Assembly (NCBI GenBank): GCA_965198115.1
Contig: OZ240241.1
Span: 1,696,001 to 1,760,000, forward strand
Source: Candidatus Latescibacterota bacterium
GTDB taxonomy: Bacteria; Latescibacterota; UBA2968
Direction of reading: 5' to 3'
DNA: 64,000 nt
Of this stretch, positions 30,849 through 42,311 are shown one piece after another (position 1 is the stretch's first letter; each line of letters starts with the position of its first letter). The translations under genes were made by a program, and so were the position numbers. The notes beneath the pieces are model-generated. The model ran no database searches, was not told the origin of the DNA, and saw nothing but the letters and a program-made list of their open reading frames with translations.

Positions 30849-30890
30849 ACGCTGGAACACCAAAAGGGGTTCCAACTCATTTATGACAGT

Positions 30891-33800
30891 CTACTTCGCA
30901 AATACCATTCTGCGCGTATCCTGGTGACGGCCGGCCACGAGGCGATAGAAATAAACCCCACTGGCGACCCGCCGACCGAATGCATCCTCGCCATTCCACA
31001 CGACATTATAGTCGCCCGATGTCTGCACTTCGTTCACGAGGGACTTTATCTGTTGACCCAGAACATTGTAGACAGCGACGTGTACGGTGGAAGATTCACC
31101 GAGCGAGTAGCTAATAGTCGTCGAGGGATTGAAAGGATTCGGATAGTTCTGACCAAGAGAAAAGGACTTCATCTCCACCGGGTCCGCTTCCTCTTCCACA
31201 ACCAGGGCCCGCTTCGTCAACACGGGCGAACCGTAGCAATCGACGTGTCCGGCCAGGTTCGACACGAAGACCACATCTCGTGCCAGCGTCACCTGCCATC
31301 CGAGCAATCCGCCCTCGACCACAGCGTCTCTGGCCACGGCGATTCTGGAGGCCGGAGCATAGATCGTGCCCAGGAAGTGTACGCCTCGAGCCAGGCTGTT
31401 CGTGCGACGGTGTACGCCATTATTGTCGTCATCATCATCATCTCCCTCATCGTCATCGTCCGTCTCGCCACTATCCACGTGCTGGGGTGAAGCAATGTTG
31501 AAGAGAATGTCGGAGGCGCTTCCACCGTTGACGGACACGACCGCGCGTCTACCCAGCGTTAAGCGCTTGCTGATGTTGACGGTCACGGGGCCGTCTTCGA
31601 GGTCGAAGATCAGAGATGTCTGTTTGGCGAGGGAGAATCTTTCAAAGTAGTAAACACCACTGTGGAGCGTGACGGTCGATCCCTTCCGCGCATTCAGGTT
31701 ACCGTAAGCCGGCGTCGTCTCATCGTTTGGCGGTAGATCGATCGACTGATTCTTCCGGACTGTAATGTCCCTCGCGTCCTCGTAGTCGACCGATAGGATG
31801 ACAGGAGGAAGGTGGGCGGTTTCAACTTCGGCACCGGGCTCTACCGTCCCTTCAACGACAACGGTCCTGTGCAATCTGATCCGACCACCTGCCGTAATGT
31901 CTCCAGTGATGTGGTTGAACCTGGCGATCTGGACCGGGCCGGTCGTCAGGATGGAACCCTGAATCATTCCAGGGTCATCGGCTGTATGTCCGCGATCGAT
32001 CCGAACCCTGCCATTACTCCTTATGTTCGACAGGACGTTCGCGTTCCGACGAATTCGCACCTTGTGGAGACCCGTGAGGGCGTCCGCGGGCACAACAATC
32101 TTTACGGTTTGTGAGGCCATGGCCGTGTTTCCATTGCCATCATCCGCGGTCCACGTCACCGTGGTCGATCCGATAGGCAGATGGCCCTCGATCGCCAGTT
32201 CATCGAGATCGTTCTCTGGTGTCACATCACCTACACACGCGTCAGAGGCCGTCACGCCATCGATCGCCGCCTGAACATCCTCCACAGGAACACCGGACAG
32301 AGACACAGCGTCCAACACCACCAGCTCGACCACTCCATCGAACGTCGGAGCGGTTTCGTCGACCACGTTGATCACGACGTAGCCAGGCTCCCCAACTTGC
32401 GGCATCGGCGACTGGGCACCCTCTTCGTCTACGGCAACGACCTTGAAGATGTGGGCACCCAACCCCTCCACATAGACCGAGAACTCTGCACTTGTCCACG
32501 GCACCGTGTTCAATGGGGTCCCGTCCTCTTCGAACCAGAAGTAGGTGAGATCTTCAGTCGCTGTCTGGTCATCTGTCGCCTGGACAGTCAGGACCACCTC
32601 TTGGATGCCACCTGAGCACTCCACACTTTCCGGTACGATGACGTCCACAATAACCGGTGGTGCGTTTAAGTTGAAAATGAACGCCAGCCGCGTGATGCCG
32701 TCCGCCGATGGGTCGCTCGAAAGGAGAGTGCCTGTCTCGGATTCGTAGACCGCGGTTTCGCCGAGGGTCGCCAGAACCGGATACGGACCGAACTGATTCC
32801 CGGTGGTCGTTAGGTGCAATTCCGCAGTGATGGCATTCGGCCCTATTGGGAGATCTGTCAAAGAGAGCGGGAGCGGGGCGAGAATCCCCCCCGTCAGTTC
32901 TCGCCCATCGGCTGCCGTCAGTTTTGCTTCAGCGACCCCAACCGGCATAGGATTGCCCAAGGCGTTCTGCGCCACGACCTCACCCGAAACAACCGAGAAC
33001 CTGAAATGAAACCTGGTTAACCCATCTGGGGACGCGCCGCCGCTGATGTTTTCTCCAGTCTCGGCGTTCATCACCCGCTTTTCATCAATTTCGATCGAGG
33101 GCCAAATTGGGGGCCAAAAACCGGACCTGATGCGAGGCGAACTTCCGCCGTTACGGTTCCTGCAGCCCCAATTGGGGCGTCTACAATCGTTGTCGGAAGC
33201 GTCACAAAAGCCCCAGCCGTAAGAGCACGACCATCGGCTGCCGTCAGCTTTGCCTCGGCCGAGCCTGAGGGAAGAACAGTGCCCTCCAAATCCTCTGCCG
33301 CTATAACGGCGCTCGTGATGGAGAACCTGAATCTGACCCTCGTTGACCCATCGGCGGTTACCGGATTCCCGAGGTTATCACCTGTTTCAGCTCTGACGAT
33401 CTGCTCTTTCCCAAGAGCTACTGCCACCGGATAGGGTCCGAACGCTGACCCGCCGACGAGCCGGACCTCTGCCGTGATCACACCGGGGCCGACGGGCATC
33501 TCGTTAACCGTCAATGGCAAAGGTGCAAAATCGGACGTCAGGGCCCGCCCGTCTGCCGCGACCAACCTCGCCTCGGCATTCCCGGCGACCAGGTCCACCG
33601 CCATAAAGTCCCCGGCGGAGACGATCGTCTGAATCGCGGAAAAACGGAAGGTCAGCGATGACGAGCCATCTGGACTCGGTGTGATGACAAGGTTGGCGCC
33701 GTCCTCCGCATCGATCCTGTAGTCCTTCCCGATCTGCGGGGAGATCGTATGCGGCCCAAACGACGATCCGCCGGCCAGCCTCACTTCTGCGATGAGCGCG

Positions 33801-36622
33801 TCGAGCCCAAATTGAGCGTCCGATACAGTCACGGGCAGTGAGACGAAGACACCACCCGTTAGGTCGCGGCCGTCTGCGGCAGTGAGTTTAGCCTCGGCGA
33901 TGCCCGCTCCGTAATCCGTTCCCGCGAGATCCTCGGCGGCAACCGTGAGTCCAGCCACGGGAAAACGAAAACGGATGTTCGTGGAGCCGTCTCCCGAGGC
34001 GGCGTTAGACAGGGTTTCCCCGGTCGCAGAATCGACGATCCGGGTGTTGCCTAGCTCGACACTGACAGGATATGGACCCGAGGCCGCCCCACCCGCCAGG
34101 CGGACCTCGACTGTCACCTGTTCTGGAACGACCGGCATGTGGTCGATGGTTAGCGGCAAAGATGCAAACAGACCGCCCGTGAGCTGTCGCCCATCGCTCG
34201 CTACGAGCCGCGCCTCCGCATCCCCCGGTGGCAGATCGATCCCATCGATGTCCTCGCCCTGAACGTTTGCCGGGGCTACAGCGAATCGTACGGTCACCAC
34301 CGTGGACCCGTCCGGGTTTGAAGTCACGGAGGAGCGGTTCCCGGTTTCGGCGTCTACCACCGTCGTCTCACCCGATTCCAAGGTCAGGCTGAAAGGTCCG
34401 AATGCTGAACCGCCAGCGATCCGATATTCACCTGAAACGGCGTCCTCGCCGACTGGAATCGCGGGAAGCACTGCCGGTAGATATAAAAGCCCCCCTGTGA
34501 GGTCACTACCGTCGGCGGCTGTCAGCCTGATTTCTCCCACACCGTCCGGAAGCGCGTTCATCGTGTGATCGACTGCGTTGAGGGTCGCTACCGTGGCTGG
34601 AAACACGAAAATGACGTACATCTCGCCATCTGGAGACTCGATGTTTCCAAGGCTCAGACCCGTCACGACATCAACGGTTCGGGTTTCCGCAAAGTCGACA
34701 AACACCGGAAAGGGTCCGAATACCGACGGGGCCCCAGCCAGCCTGGCTTCCACCGAAATCCCGTCGAGGCCCATCTGGGTATCGTCGATCGTGACTGGAA
34801 GACTGACGAAGTTCCCCCCGGTCAGGGCTCGCCCGTCCCCGGCCGTAATCCGAGCCTCGGTCACACCTGCAGGGAAGTCCGGGCCCCCCGCGCTTTGCCC
34901 CGTGAAGTGAACCCGACCAATGTCGAAACGGAAAGCCAGGTGAGTGAGTCCATCCGGCGATCCGGCGTTCTGTTCGGTTACGCCTGTGAAACTGTCGACC
35001 ACGCGAGTGTTACCGATCTCGACAGAAACGGGGTACGGCCCACTACCGCCAGTAAGACGCACCTCGGCAGTGATCACGTCCAATCCAACAGGGGCGTCCG
35101 GTATCGTTACGGGCAGAGAAACGAAGACCCCACCCGTAAGATCGCGACCGTCACTACCGACGAGTTTTGCCTCTGCCTTACCCGGCGCCAGCTCAGTCCC
35201 CACGAACTCCTGAGCAGCCACCCTCAACGACGTCGTGCTAAAGCGGAAAGCGAGTCGTGTCAGGCCGTCCGGCGACGCACCGTTTTCGAGGGTTCCACCC
35301 GTTTCGGTGTCCACGAGTCGCCTTTTGCCGATCTCGACGGAAATCGGGTAGGGTCCGAAACCCGTCGTGCCTGCAAGCCGCACTTCGACCAGAAGTACAC
35401 CAGCCCCGATGGGTGCGTTTGAAATGACCAGTGGCAAGGCCTCGAAATCGGTCGTGAGCGACTGGCCCCCGATTGTGAAGATGCGCGCTTCAGCATTGCC
35501 GGCTGGCAGTTCCGCCGCATCGATGTCCTCCGCCGTAACGGTCAGGGACACGATCGAAAAGCGGAAGATCACAGCCGTGTTTGCCGAACTGGAGTTCTGA
35601 AGTGTGACACCGGTTTCGGCGGCTACGATGCGCGTCTTAAGAGTTTGAACGGTCAGTGGATAAGGGCCGTACGAAGGACCATTGGCGAGGCGTACCTCCA
35701 CCGTGATGCCGTCTGTTTCGGTAGGAACGGCGGAGATATCGACTGGAAGTGACGCAAACCCATCCACGGTCGCGCCCGGCAGGCCACCGGTCAGGTCACG
35801 ACCATCATTTGCCGTCACCTTGACCTCGGCCTCCCCGGCGGGCAGGGCACTCTGCACAATGTCCTCGGCAGAAAGCGAGACGACGCCCAGAATCGGGAAT
35901 CGGAATATGGCGCGCACGGAGGCGGAGCTGGGATTGCTCAACGTACTCCCGGTAGGGGCATCGACGATCCGCGTTTTACCAGCCGCCAGGCTTATGGGGT
36001 AGGGTCCGAAGGCGGTTGCGACACCGCTGAGACGAACCTCGACCGTGACCGCGTCAGTGCCCAGGGGTACGGCCCCGATCGTAATGGGCATACCGACGAA
36101 GCCGCTCGTCAGCGCTCGACCGTCGTTCGCCGTGACCTTGACTTCCGAGAAGTCGGGCGCCAGTTCTGTCTGGAGCAGGTCCTCCGCCAGGAACTCGACC
36201 TGCGTAATCTGGAATCGAAACTTCAGGCCTGGCGTCCCTGAGCCTGGATTCGATATGGTGCTACCGTCGGCTGCGTGCACAGTCCGCGTCTTTCCCGCCT
36301 TGACTCCTACGTTATAAGGCCCAAAAGCCGACGCGGCGCCCGCCAGCCGCACTTCCGCTGTGATGGTGCCCGCCGGCACACCTGGCACGGTGATAGGCAA
36401 GTCGACGAACCCATCGGGATAAGCACCTGGAAGCCCAGCCGTCAGGTCGCTTCCGTCCGATGTCACGGTCAGCTTGGCTTGAGCAACGCCCGACGCCAGA
36501 GGGACCAGAGCCACGTCTTCAGCCGTTACATCCAGATCGAGGGCGAGAGCTGGACCAACGCCGAGCCCCAGAACTCCGATCGTGAGTAGTAAGAGCTTCC
36601 GCATCACTTTCCCTGTCATCAT
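30891..36622 (-). CDS. About 1,900-aa secreted repeat protein: 12 x ~105-aa repeats, PKD/HYR-like Ig domains, beta-helix-like region and FlgD/T9SS-type CTD; frameshift near 33100
   Basis: Signal peptide; repeat 11 is split between ORFs 33071-36664 and 30891-33074; C-terminal QNYPNPFNPSTTI...ASGVYFYRL. Confidence 0.85.
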
Positions 36623-36684
36623 CACGTGGTTCCTTCGATTCACCATTGATTTCGAGTCTGACACTTTATCTCAAAGAGAGAGAA

Positions 36685-36700
36685 TGCAAGTCGTATGCCA
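36685..36700 (-). promoter_or_regulatory. Sigma-54 (-24/-12) promoter of the giant repeat-protein gene
   Basis: TGGCATACGACTTGCA is a near-consensus GG-N10-GC site, preceded by a ~340-bp intergenic region that is partly AT-rich. Confidence 0.75.
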
Positions 36701-37042
36701 CGGCAAGTAAATGGACACAAACTTTTACATAACAGTAGGTTAACCACGTACATCGTGGCATTAGGATGATCCTCTGCGGATCGGTTTTTTGGCGCACCTC
36801 ATCCCGAAGCTGGTCGATTTGCGCCAATTCAAAGGGCCCCGGCATCGGCCTGCTGAATAACGGCCACACTCGGAGCCCGACATCGTCAGAAAACAGTGAC
36901 CTCTGCCCGACGCAAAGGGTTTGTCCTCTACTGACGGTGCAACTCTTTCGCACTTCTAATATTTAAATATCGGTCCAATCATCAGGAAGGCAAGTGATCC
37001 TTATCACACGGTACCGTTTATAATTAATGTTGCTAATCGCGA

Positions 37043-38560
37043 CTAATCTGCCGCGGCCACCTCTATCGACCGGCTTGCGCCCCGCCAGTGGGCAATGCGA
37101 GCGAGCAGATCCTGAAACAGAGACGTGGCGCCGACATAGAGGAAACCTGTACAAAACAGAAACAGAAAAAGGAGCGGGAAGTAGATCTCCTCGCGAACAC
37201 AGAAAAGGATGACGCCGCCCAGATAGATCCCGAGGATAATCTCCCCGATCGTACTGACATTCAGTCTCACCCCATACTGTTTGTTTCGCCACGTATCACG
37301 GCCCGTTGTGACGCTGAACTTTGGGGTTCGTTTGAATTCGGTCTGGCGTCCAAGAAGCGCGTCGATCACGCCGCGGGCGTTGTTGAGAGAAATACCCATG
37401 CCAAGCGCGAGGGTCCACGGGATGTACTTGAGACGAGAGGTCCAGTCCGAATAGATCTGCTTCTGTGAATGGATGTAGAACCTCGAGACGACGACGGTCG
37501 CGCTGGCAAACAGGGGAAGGTCCACCAACACGACTCGATACCAACCCATGTCCTGCCGGGACAGGACTGCGGGGAAAACAAGGATGGCCAGCAGGGCCAT
37601 TAACAGGTAGGACGTGTTCGCGCAGAGATGAACGACCGCCTCCGCCTTGACTTCGATCGACAGATCGCTCTTCAGTAGACGCGGGAGCAACTTTCTCGCC
37701 GTCTGAGTGGAGCCCTTTGCCCAGCGAAATTGCTGCGATTTCCAGGCGTTTGCCGTCACGGGCACTTCTGCCGGCGCCACGACCTGGGGTAGGTAGATGA
37801 ACTGCCATCCGACCATCTGGGCACGATAGCTGAGATCCAGATCCTCGGTCAGGGTATCGTGCTGCCAGCCGCCGGCTTCTTCGATGCACCGCCTTCGCCA
37901 GATCCCCGCCGTCCCGTTGAAATTGAAAAACAGGCCGGCCCTGCTTCGAGCACCGTGCTCCATCACAAAGTGCCCATCCAGGAAGATGGACTGGACCTTC
38001 GTCAACAGGGAGTAATCTCGGTTCAGATGGCCCCACCTGGCCTGAACCATGCCGACCTCCGGCCTACCGACGAAATGCGGGACCATTTCTCTGAGGAAGG
38101 AGGGTCTGGGCACGAAATCGGCATCGAAGACAGCCAACAGTTCGTGTTTGGCGTCGCTCATGCCCGCGGCGAGTGCGCCCGCCTTGTAGCCCAACCGATC
38201 GGTGCGATGCAGACAACGAATGTCTACCCCTTCCGATTGGAGTTCCGCAACTACGCGAACCGCAACCTCACTCGTCGAATCGATCGAATCGTCCAGCACC
38301 TGGATTTCCAGTCGGTCGCGGGGATAATCGAGCGCCGCGACGGCCCGGATGAGACGTTCGACCACGTAGCATTCGTTGTAAACGGGAAGTTGAACCGTGA
38401 CGCCAGGGAGGTTGGAATCAGGGCACCTTCGATCGGGCTGGCCACGGTCGCGATGCCTGAAATACAGCCACACGATCACGAATCGATGGAAGCTGAACGC
38501 CATCAACAGCGCCAGCGACAGCACGTAAACCGGCAGCAGAATGATCTGCCAAACTTCCAT
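37043..38560 (-). CDS. GT2 cellulose-synthase-like processive glycosyltransferase
   Basis: QLPVYNE, DDS, KAGAL, DAD, TED, QQFRW, plus TM helices. Confidence 0.92.
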   Translation of the reverse strand: MEVWQIILLPVYVLSLALLMAFSFHRFVIVWLYFRHRDRGQPDRRCPDSNLPGVTVQLPVYNECYVVERLIRAVAALDYPRDRLEIQVLDDSIDSTSEVAVRVVAELQSEGVDIRCLHRTDRLGYKAGALAAGMSDAKHELLAVFDADFVPRPSFLREMVPHFVGRPEVGMVQARWGHLNRDYSLLTKVQSIFLDGHFVMEHGARSRAGLFFNFNGTAGIWRRRCIEEAGGWQHDTLTEDLDLSYRAQMVGWQFIYLPQVVAPAEVPVTANAWKSQQFRWAKGSTQTARKLLPRLLKSDLSIEVKAEAVVHLCANTSYLLMALLAILVFPAVLSRQDMGWYRVVLVDLPLFASATVVVSRFYIHSQKQIYSDWTSRLKYIPWTLALGMGISLNNARGVIDALLGRQTEFKRTPKFSVTTGRDTWRNKQYGVRLNVSTIGEIILGIYLGGVILFCVREEIYFPLLFLFLFCTGFLYVGATSLFQDLLARIAHWRGASRSIEVAAAD

Positions 38561-38610
38561 GAAAAACACACTCCAACGCACTGTCAGATTCTGCCCGGCC
38601 CGGAAGACCC

Positions 38611-38639
38611 AAATTAACCACCTGCACTACGAGGGTCAA
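38611..38639 (-). promoter_or_regulatory. Candidate sigma-70 promoter for the GT2 gene
   Basis: TTGACC-N17-TAATTT. Confidence 0.45.
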
Positions 38640-38646
38640 GATAGAC

Positions 38647-38676
38647 AAAAAAACGCCCCACCTGACGATGGGGCGT
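38647..38676 (-). terminator. Intrinsic terminator ending the HTH/KAP/cytochrome operon
   Basis: Stem ACGCCCCA/TGGGGCGT followed by a T run. Confidence 0.75.
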
Positions 38677-38704
38677 GACGAACCTACCGAGACTGTAGCA
38701 TCTG

Positions 38705-39409
38705 TCACAACTGGTAAACGTAGGCGATCACGTTCAGCATTTCTCGATCCGACAGTCTGTCTTTCGAAAACGGCGGCATCGCCAACCCCCTCAACCCGCG
38801 ATTCTCGATGCCACGAATCTTCTTCCCGATCTGATACCGGCTGAACCCATTCTTGATCAACGATGGGGCGGGACCGCTTCCGTCGTGAATGTGACAGATC
38901 TCGCACGACCGCCTGAACACGGCCGTCCCAAGGGTGGAATCCCCCAGCGTCAGCATGCGGTCCCCAGGGAGCGTTTCTGCCCGCATGGGCTCGACCGCCT
39001 TCGACTTCCCCTCCGGGGAGAGATCTTCGGATCGCAAGTACGCAGCGAGCTGCCGCACGCGATGAACTGGCGCCTCTACACCCGTGAGCGAGTCCTCGGT
39101 TCGATCGGTCAACCACCTCTCAAGACACGTTGCGACAGCGTCCTCGAGCGACCGCAGCGGCTTCCCGTCCCAAGCCTGAAACTGCGCCCGAAACCCAACG
39201 TTGTACATGGGATGCCCGGGCCGTACGTACTGATCCGGCGTCTTCTTTTCGTTGAAGTCCGCGTGGCAGTGCCAGCACGTCAGACCCGTCGCCGACCCGT
39301 CGCGGGAACGAAACTGCCGCTTGCCGGCAACAATGTCGGCGTCCTGCGCGAATCCGAAACCCGCCAGAAGTAGGCATCCAAACAGAAGTGCGAATCGCAG
39401 AAATTTCAT
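38705..39409 (-). CDS. Exported diheme cytochrome c, TsdA/SoxA-like
   Basis: Signal peptide, CWHCH and CEICH, SLEDAVATCLER, MPP. Confidence 0.8.
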   Translation of the reverse strand: MKFLRFALLFGCLLLAGFGFAQDADIVAGKRQFRSRDGSATGLTCWHCHADFNEKKTPDQYVRPGHPMYNVGFRAQFQAWDGKPLRSLEDAVATCLERWLTDRTEDSLTGVEAPVHRVRQLAAYLRSEDLSPEGKSKAVEPMRAETLPGDRMLTLGDSTLGTAVFRRSCEICHIHDGSGPAPSLIKNGFSRYQIGKKIRGIENRGLRGLAMPPFSKDRLSDREMLNVIAYVYQL

Positions 39410-39413
39410 TGAA

Positions 39414-41411
39414 TCAGCTCGCTGGCTCAACATCCCTCACGCATCTGAACCCCAGGTCCCTTCTCCGTCGTATCGCTCGTTCGTATCCACGCGTGGTGGC
39501 CCGCACACCCTCTTGGGGGCTGGCCCAACTTCCGCCGCGGATGACGCGTGCCTCCTGATTATCCGGCCTCACGGGGGTTGCCGTCCACTCCCAAACGTTG
39601 CCGCAGAGATCGTAAACCCCGTATTGACTCACTCCGCTCTCGAAAGCCGTCACTTCGGATGTGTCGTGAAGACCCAGCTCCAAATTATTGCAGTTTTGAC
39701 GATTGAACGCGTTGCCCCAGGAGAAAGTTCGCCCACTCGGTCCCCTGGCCGCCTTTTCCCACTCCTGCTCGGTCGGCAGCCGCTTCTTCGCCCACCTCGC
39801 ATAGGCGTCGCAGTCCTCGAGACTGACATTGACGACCGGGTGATCGGCCTTCTCTGCGGGATAGGCACCGTCACGCCAATGGGAGGGCACGTGTGCGTAG
39901 CCGGTCTCGTCCCTGAAACGTTGAAACTGCCTGTTCGTCACCGGATAGAGATCGATCTCGAACGCGTCGAGCGTAACGGCACGGCTCACGTCCCCCATCA
40001 GGAACTTCCCCTCCGGAACAGGGACCATACCCTCGGCAGTCTGAGAGGTCTGGACACGGTAGTCCGAGGACTGTGGACGTCTGGGCTGTGTCGAGACGCT
40101 CAGATGCGTGTAAACGGAGATCGACTCTTCGTCCGACGGGAACAACCTCCCTCGGCTCAGTAGACCGACCAGCCGGCGATCCTCCAAAAACTCACGCAGG
40201 TGCGGAGGAAGGTCCGTGTCTGGCACGCCGTCATCCTCCAGCCCGAGTTCTTTGATCGTATCCTGTACTTCGGCGATCAGAAGGGGTCTCTGCAGCGCGC
40301 GCTCCGAAAAGGCCTCGAACGAGAAGGAGATGATGATCCACTTGGCCAGCAGGTCCTCGTCCATCAGACCCTCGCGTAGGAATCCGCGTCGCTCCGCGAG
40401 ACTTCGCTGAATCGAGAAGGTATTCAGGAATCGCTTGACCGTCCTGGGGTTGGTCGAAACGGTCTCGGAGACGGTTTCAAGATAACGCAGGATGGGATGT
40501 TGCCCCACGTTGGCATCGAGCAATTCTTCCTTGATGAACCCCTGGATGTGCTCCGGACGGATCGGCGGCAGATTGAATTGCAGCTGGATGATTTTATCCA
40601 TGTAAGCGTGTTCGTCGAAGCCTTCGATCGCCTGGTATTGCGCCTTAACCGCCTTTTCCACGATTTCGCTGTCCATTCCGAGCACGAACACGCATCCCGG
40701 CCGATCCATGAACAGCTTGACCGTCTCGAGCACGCGGGCGACTCGATTGGGTTGGCACCGATCCAGGTCATCGATGAAGAACACGAGCGCACCGTCTGTG
40801 TCGGCGAAGGATTGACGCCCGGGTGTGGACCCCGTGATCGACCAGCTGATCAGGCGATCCAGAAACCGCTCGAACTCTCTCAACATCGGCAGGTTTCGCA
40901 GAAGAGACGCATCGTTCGTGACCAGATTCTTCAAATCCGGCGCGTCGGGACGTTGGACCAGATCGTCCAGAGAGTGCGCGATCCGCGACCAATCGAGTCC
41001 CCCGTCCGATCGGCGCATCTGCTCGAGTCGCTGCCGGGGGAAATCTTCGTCCATCATCTGCGAGACGATTTCCTCGACGAGTGCGACCAGAATCGCATTC
41101 TGCGTCGAATACTTCCACGCGTTGAACCAGACCGTTCTGCACGGTCGATACAGGTCGTCGCCGCCCGCTGTATCGACTTCCCGGGTGATATCCACGAGCA
41201 GCTCTCGGATCGATTGCATCAGCGACGTCTTGCCGCTACCCCACGCCCCGTCGATGGCAATCGCCAAAGGGGTCTGATTCGAGCGGTCGGCGATGATCTT
41301 GGCGAACGTCTCCGCGTAGACCGAGAACCCGAAGTGGTGAGCACGCTCGGCGGGCGAGTCGTTGTGGATCTGGATCCGGTCTGTTTCTTTGAGCTGTTCG
41401 ATCAAGGTCAA
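39414..41411 (-). CDS. KAP-family P-loop NTPase fused to an FGE-sulfatase (SUMF1-like) domain
   Basis: GAWGSGKTS, WFNAW, IDDLDRC, DKIIQ, NPR.VKR; then RLPTEQEWEKAARG, GNVWEW, RGGSW, GFRC. The TTG start overlaps the upstream stop (TTGA). Confidence 0.9.
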   Translation of the reverse strand: MTLIEQLKETDRIQIHNDSPAERAHHFGFSVYAETFAKIIADRSNQTPLAIAIDGAWGSGKTSLMQSIRELLVDITREVDTAGGDDLYRPCRTVWFNAWKYSTQNAILVALVEEIVSQMMDEDFPRQRLEQMRRSDGGLDWSRIAHSLDDLVQRPDAPDLKNLVTNDASLLRNLPMLREFERFLDRLISWSITGSTPGRQSFADTDGALVFFIDDLDRCQPNRVARVLETVKLFMDRPGCVFVLGMDSEIVEKAVKAQYQAIEGFDEHAYMDKIIQLQFNLPPIRPEHIQGFIKEELLDANVGQHPILRYLETVSETVSTNPRTVKRFLNTFSIQRSLAERRGFLREGLMDEDLLAKWIIISFSFEAFSERALQRPLLIAEVQDTIKELGLEDDGVPDTDLPPHLREFLEDRRLVGLLSRGRLFPSDEESISVYTHLSVSTQPRRPQSSDYRVQTSQTAEGMVPVPEGKFLMGDVSRAVTLDAFEIDLYPVTNRQFQRFRDETGYAHVPSHWRDGAYPAEKADHPVVNVSLEDCDAYARWAKKRLPTEQEWEKAARGPSGRTFSWGNAFNRQNCNNLELGLHDTSEVTAFESGVSQYGVYDLCGNVWEWTATPVRPDNQEARVIRGGSWASPQEGVRATTRGYERAIRRRRDLGFRCVRDVEPAS

Positions 41412-42085
41412 CCTCGATGCCTGTAGGTCGTTTGGGTCGAAATGGGCACCCGCTCGGTCGCGGTCGTGACCGCCTGACCATCCTGGACGAAAATCGTGTA
41501 GGGCGGGCCACCCGCAACCTGCACCGTCATTTCCGCCCGTCCGCCCGAAAGGACGTGCGAAAACTTGCATCCGAATGTTTCGTTCGGACCGTCGTCATAG
41601 GCGATGGAAATCGGAATTTCGACCGACTTGAGATCATCGGTCGTGTGATTCTCGACCACGAGGGAGAGAAAGTCGTCCTTCTTTTGGTAGACGCGATCGA
41701 CAACGGCCAAACCGGCGAGCCGCCCCTCCTCCTCCAGCCCGTTCAGCCAGTTGAAGACATCGGCCAGGTGTCTTTCCGCTCGGAAGGGTCGGGCGGGGGA
41801 GAAACCGACCCGCAGGTCCGTTGCGTCCTCGGGCTCCTGCACGTCAGCGGGAGCGCTCGAAATCGTCGACACGAACCGATGGGTACCGTCGGCATCGATC
41901 TCGAGGACCCGTTGACAACCCCGCGCAAGAGCATGGCGGGTGGAGGGTCGGATGCGTTCCTCCTCGGTCGTTCCATTCAGGATGTTGTATATTGCACCCT
42001 TGGAGATACCACTGGCCTTTGAAACCTCCGCAACGGAGATACCCTGAGTCTGGATTTCTTGCTGAAGCAGGTCGCTGAACGTCAT
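41408..42085 (-). CDS. XRE-family HTH protein with an unknown C-terminal domain
   Basis: GISVAEVSKASGISKGAIYNILNG; RBS GGGAGAGG. Confidence 0.8.
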   Translation of the reverse strand: MTFSDLLQQEIQTQGISVAEVSKASGISKGAIYNILNGTTEEERIRPSTRHALARGCQRVLEIDADGTHRFVSTISSAPADVQEPEDATDLRVGFSPARPFRAERHLADVFNWLNGLEEEGRLAGLAVVDRVYQKKDDFLSLVVENHTTDDLKSVEIPISIAYDDGPNETFGCKFSHVLSGGRAEMTVQVAGGPPYTIFVQDGQAVTTATERVPISTQTTYRHRG

Positions 42086-42181
42086 CGACACCTCTCCCTT
42101 GGGTCTATTGGGGTTTCCGTGCAATAATAAACAAATGTAGACGATCCGCCAACTGTTTTGTATAGTTTTGTCTATTTTTTC

Positions 42182-42211
42182 TTGACTTAAATCGACAGTC
42201 TTGCGTATATT
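42182..42211 (+). promoter_or_regulatory. Candidate sigma-70 promoter for the polysaccharide locus
   Basis: TTGACT-N18-TATATT in an AT-rich divergent intergenic region. Confidence 0.5.
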
Positions 42212-42311
42212 GGTGAGGAACGCAGGATTCATCCGCCTGTGACTTTTAGTGTATATTGTGGTTTTAAAATGATTTAAGCTCATAGCGAGCTTGTAATTTC
42301 TGGAGACCGCG

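Noticed and set aside
31425-31465. Imperfect trinucleotide repeat
   Set aside because: It encodes an in-frame poly-Asp loop of the giant protein and is not a separate element.
39414-39600. FGE C-terminus as the variable region of a diversity-generating retroelement
   Set aside because: No template repeat or reverse transcriptase was seen in the window. A remote DGR cannot be excluded.
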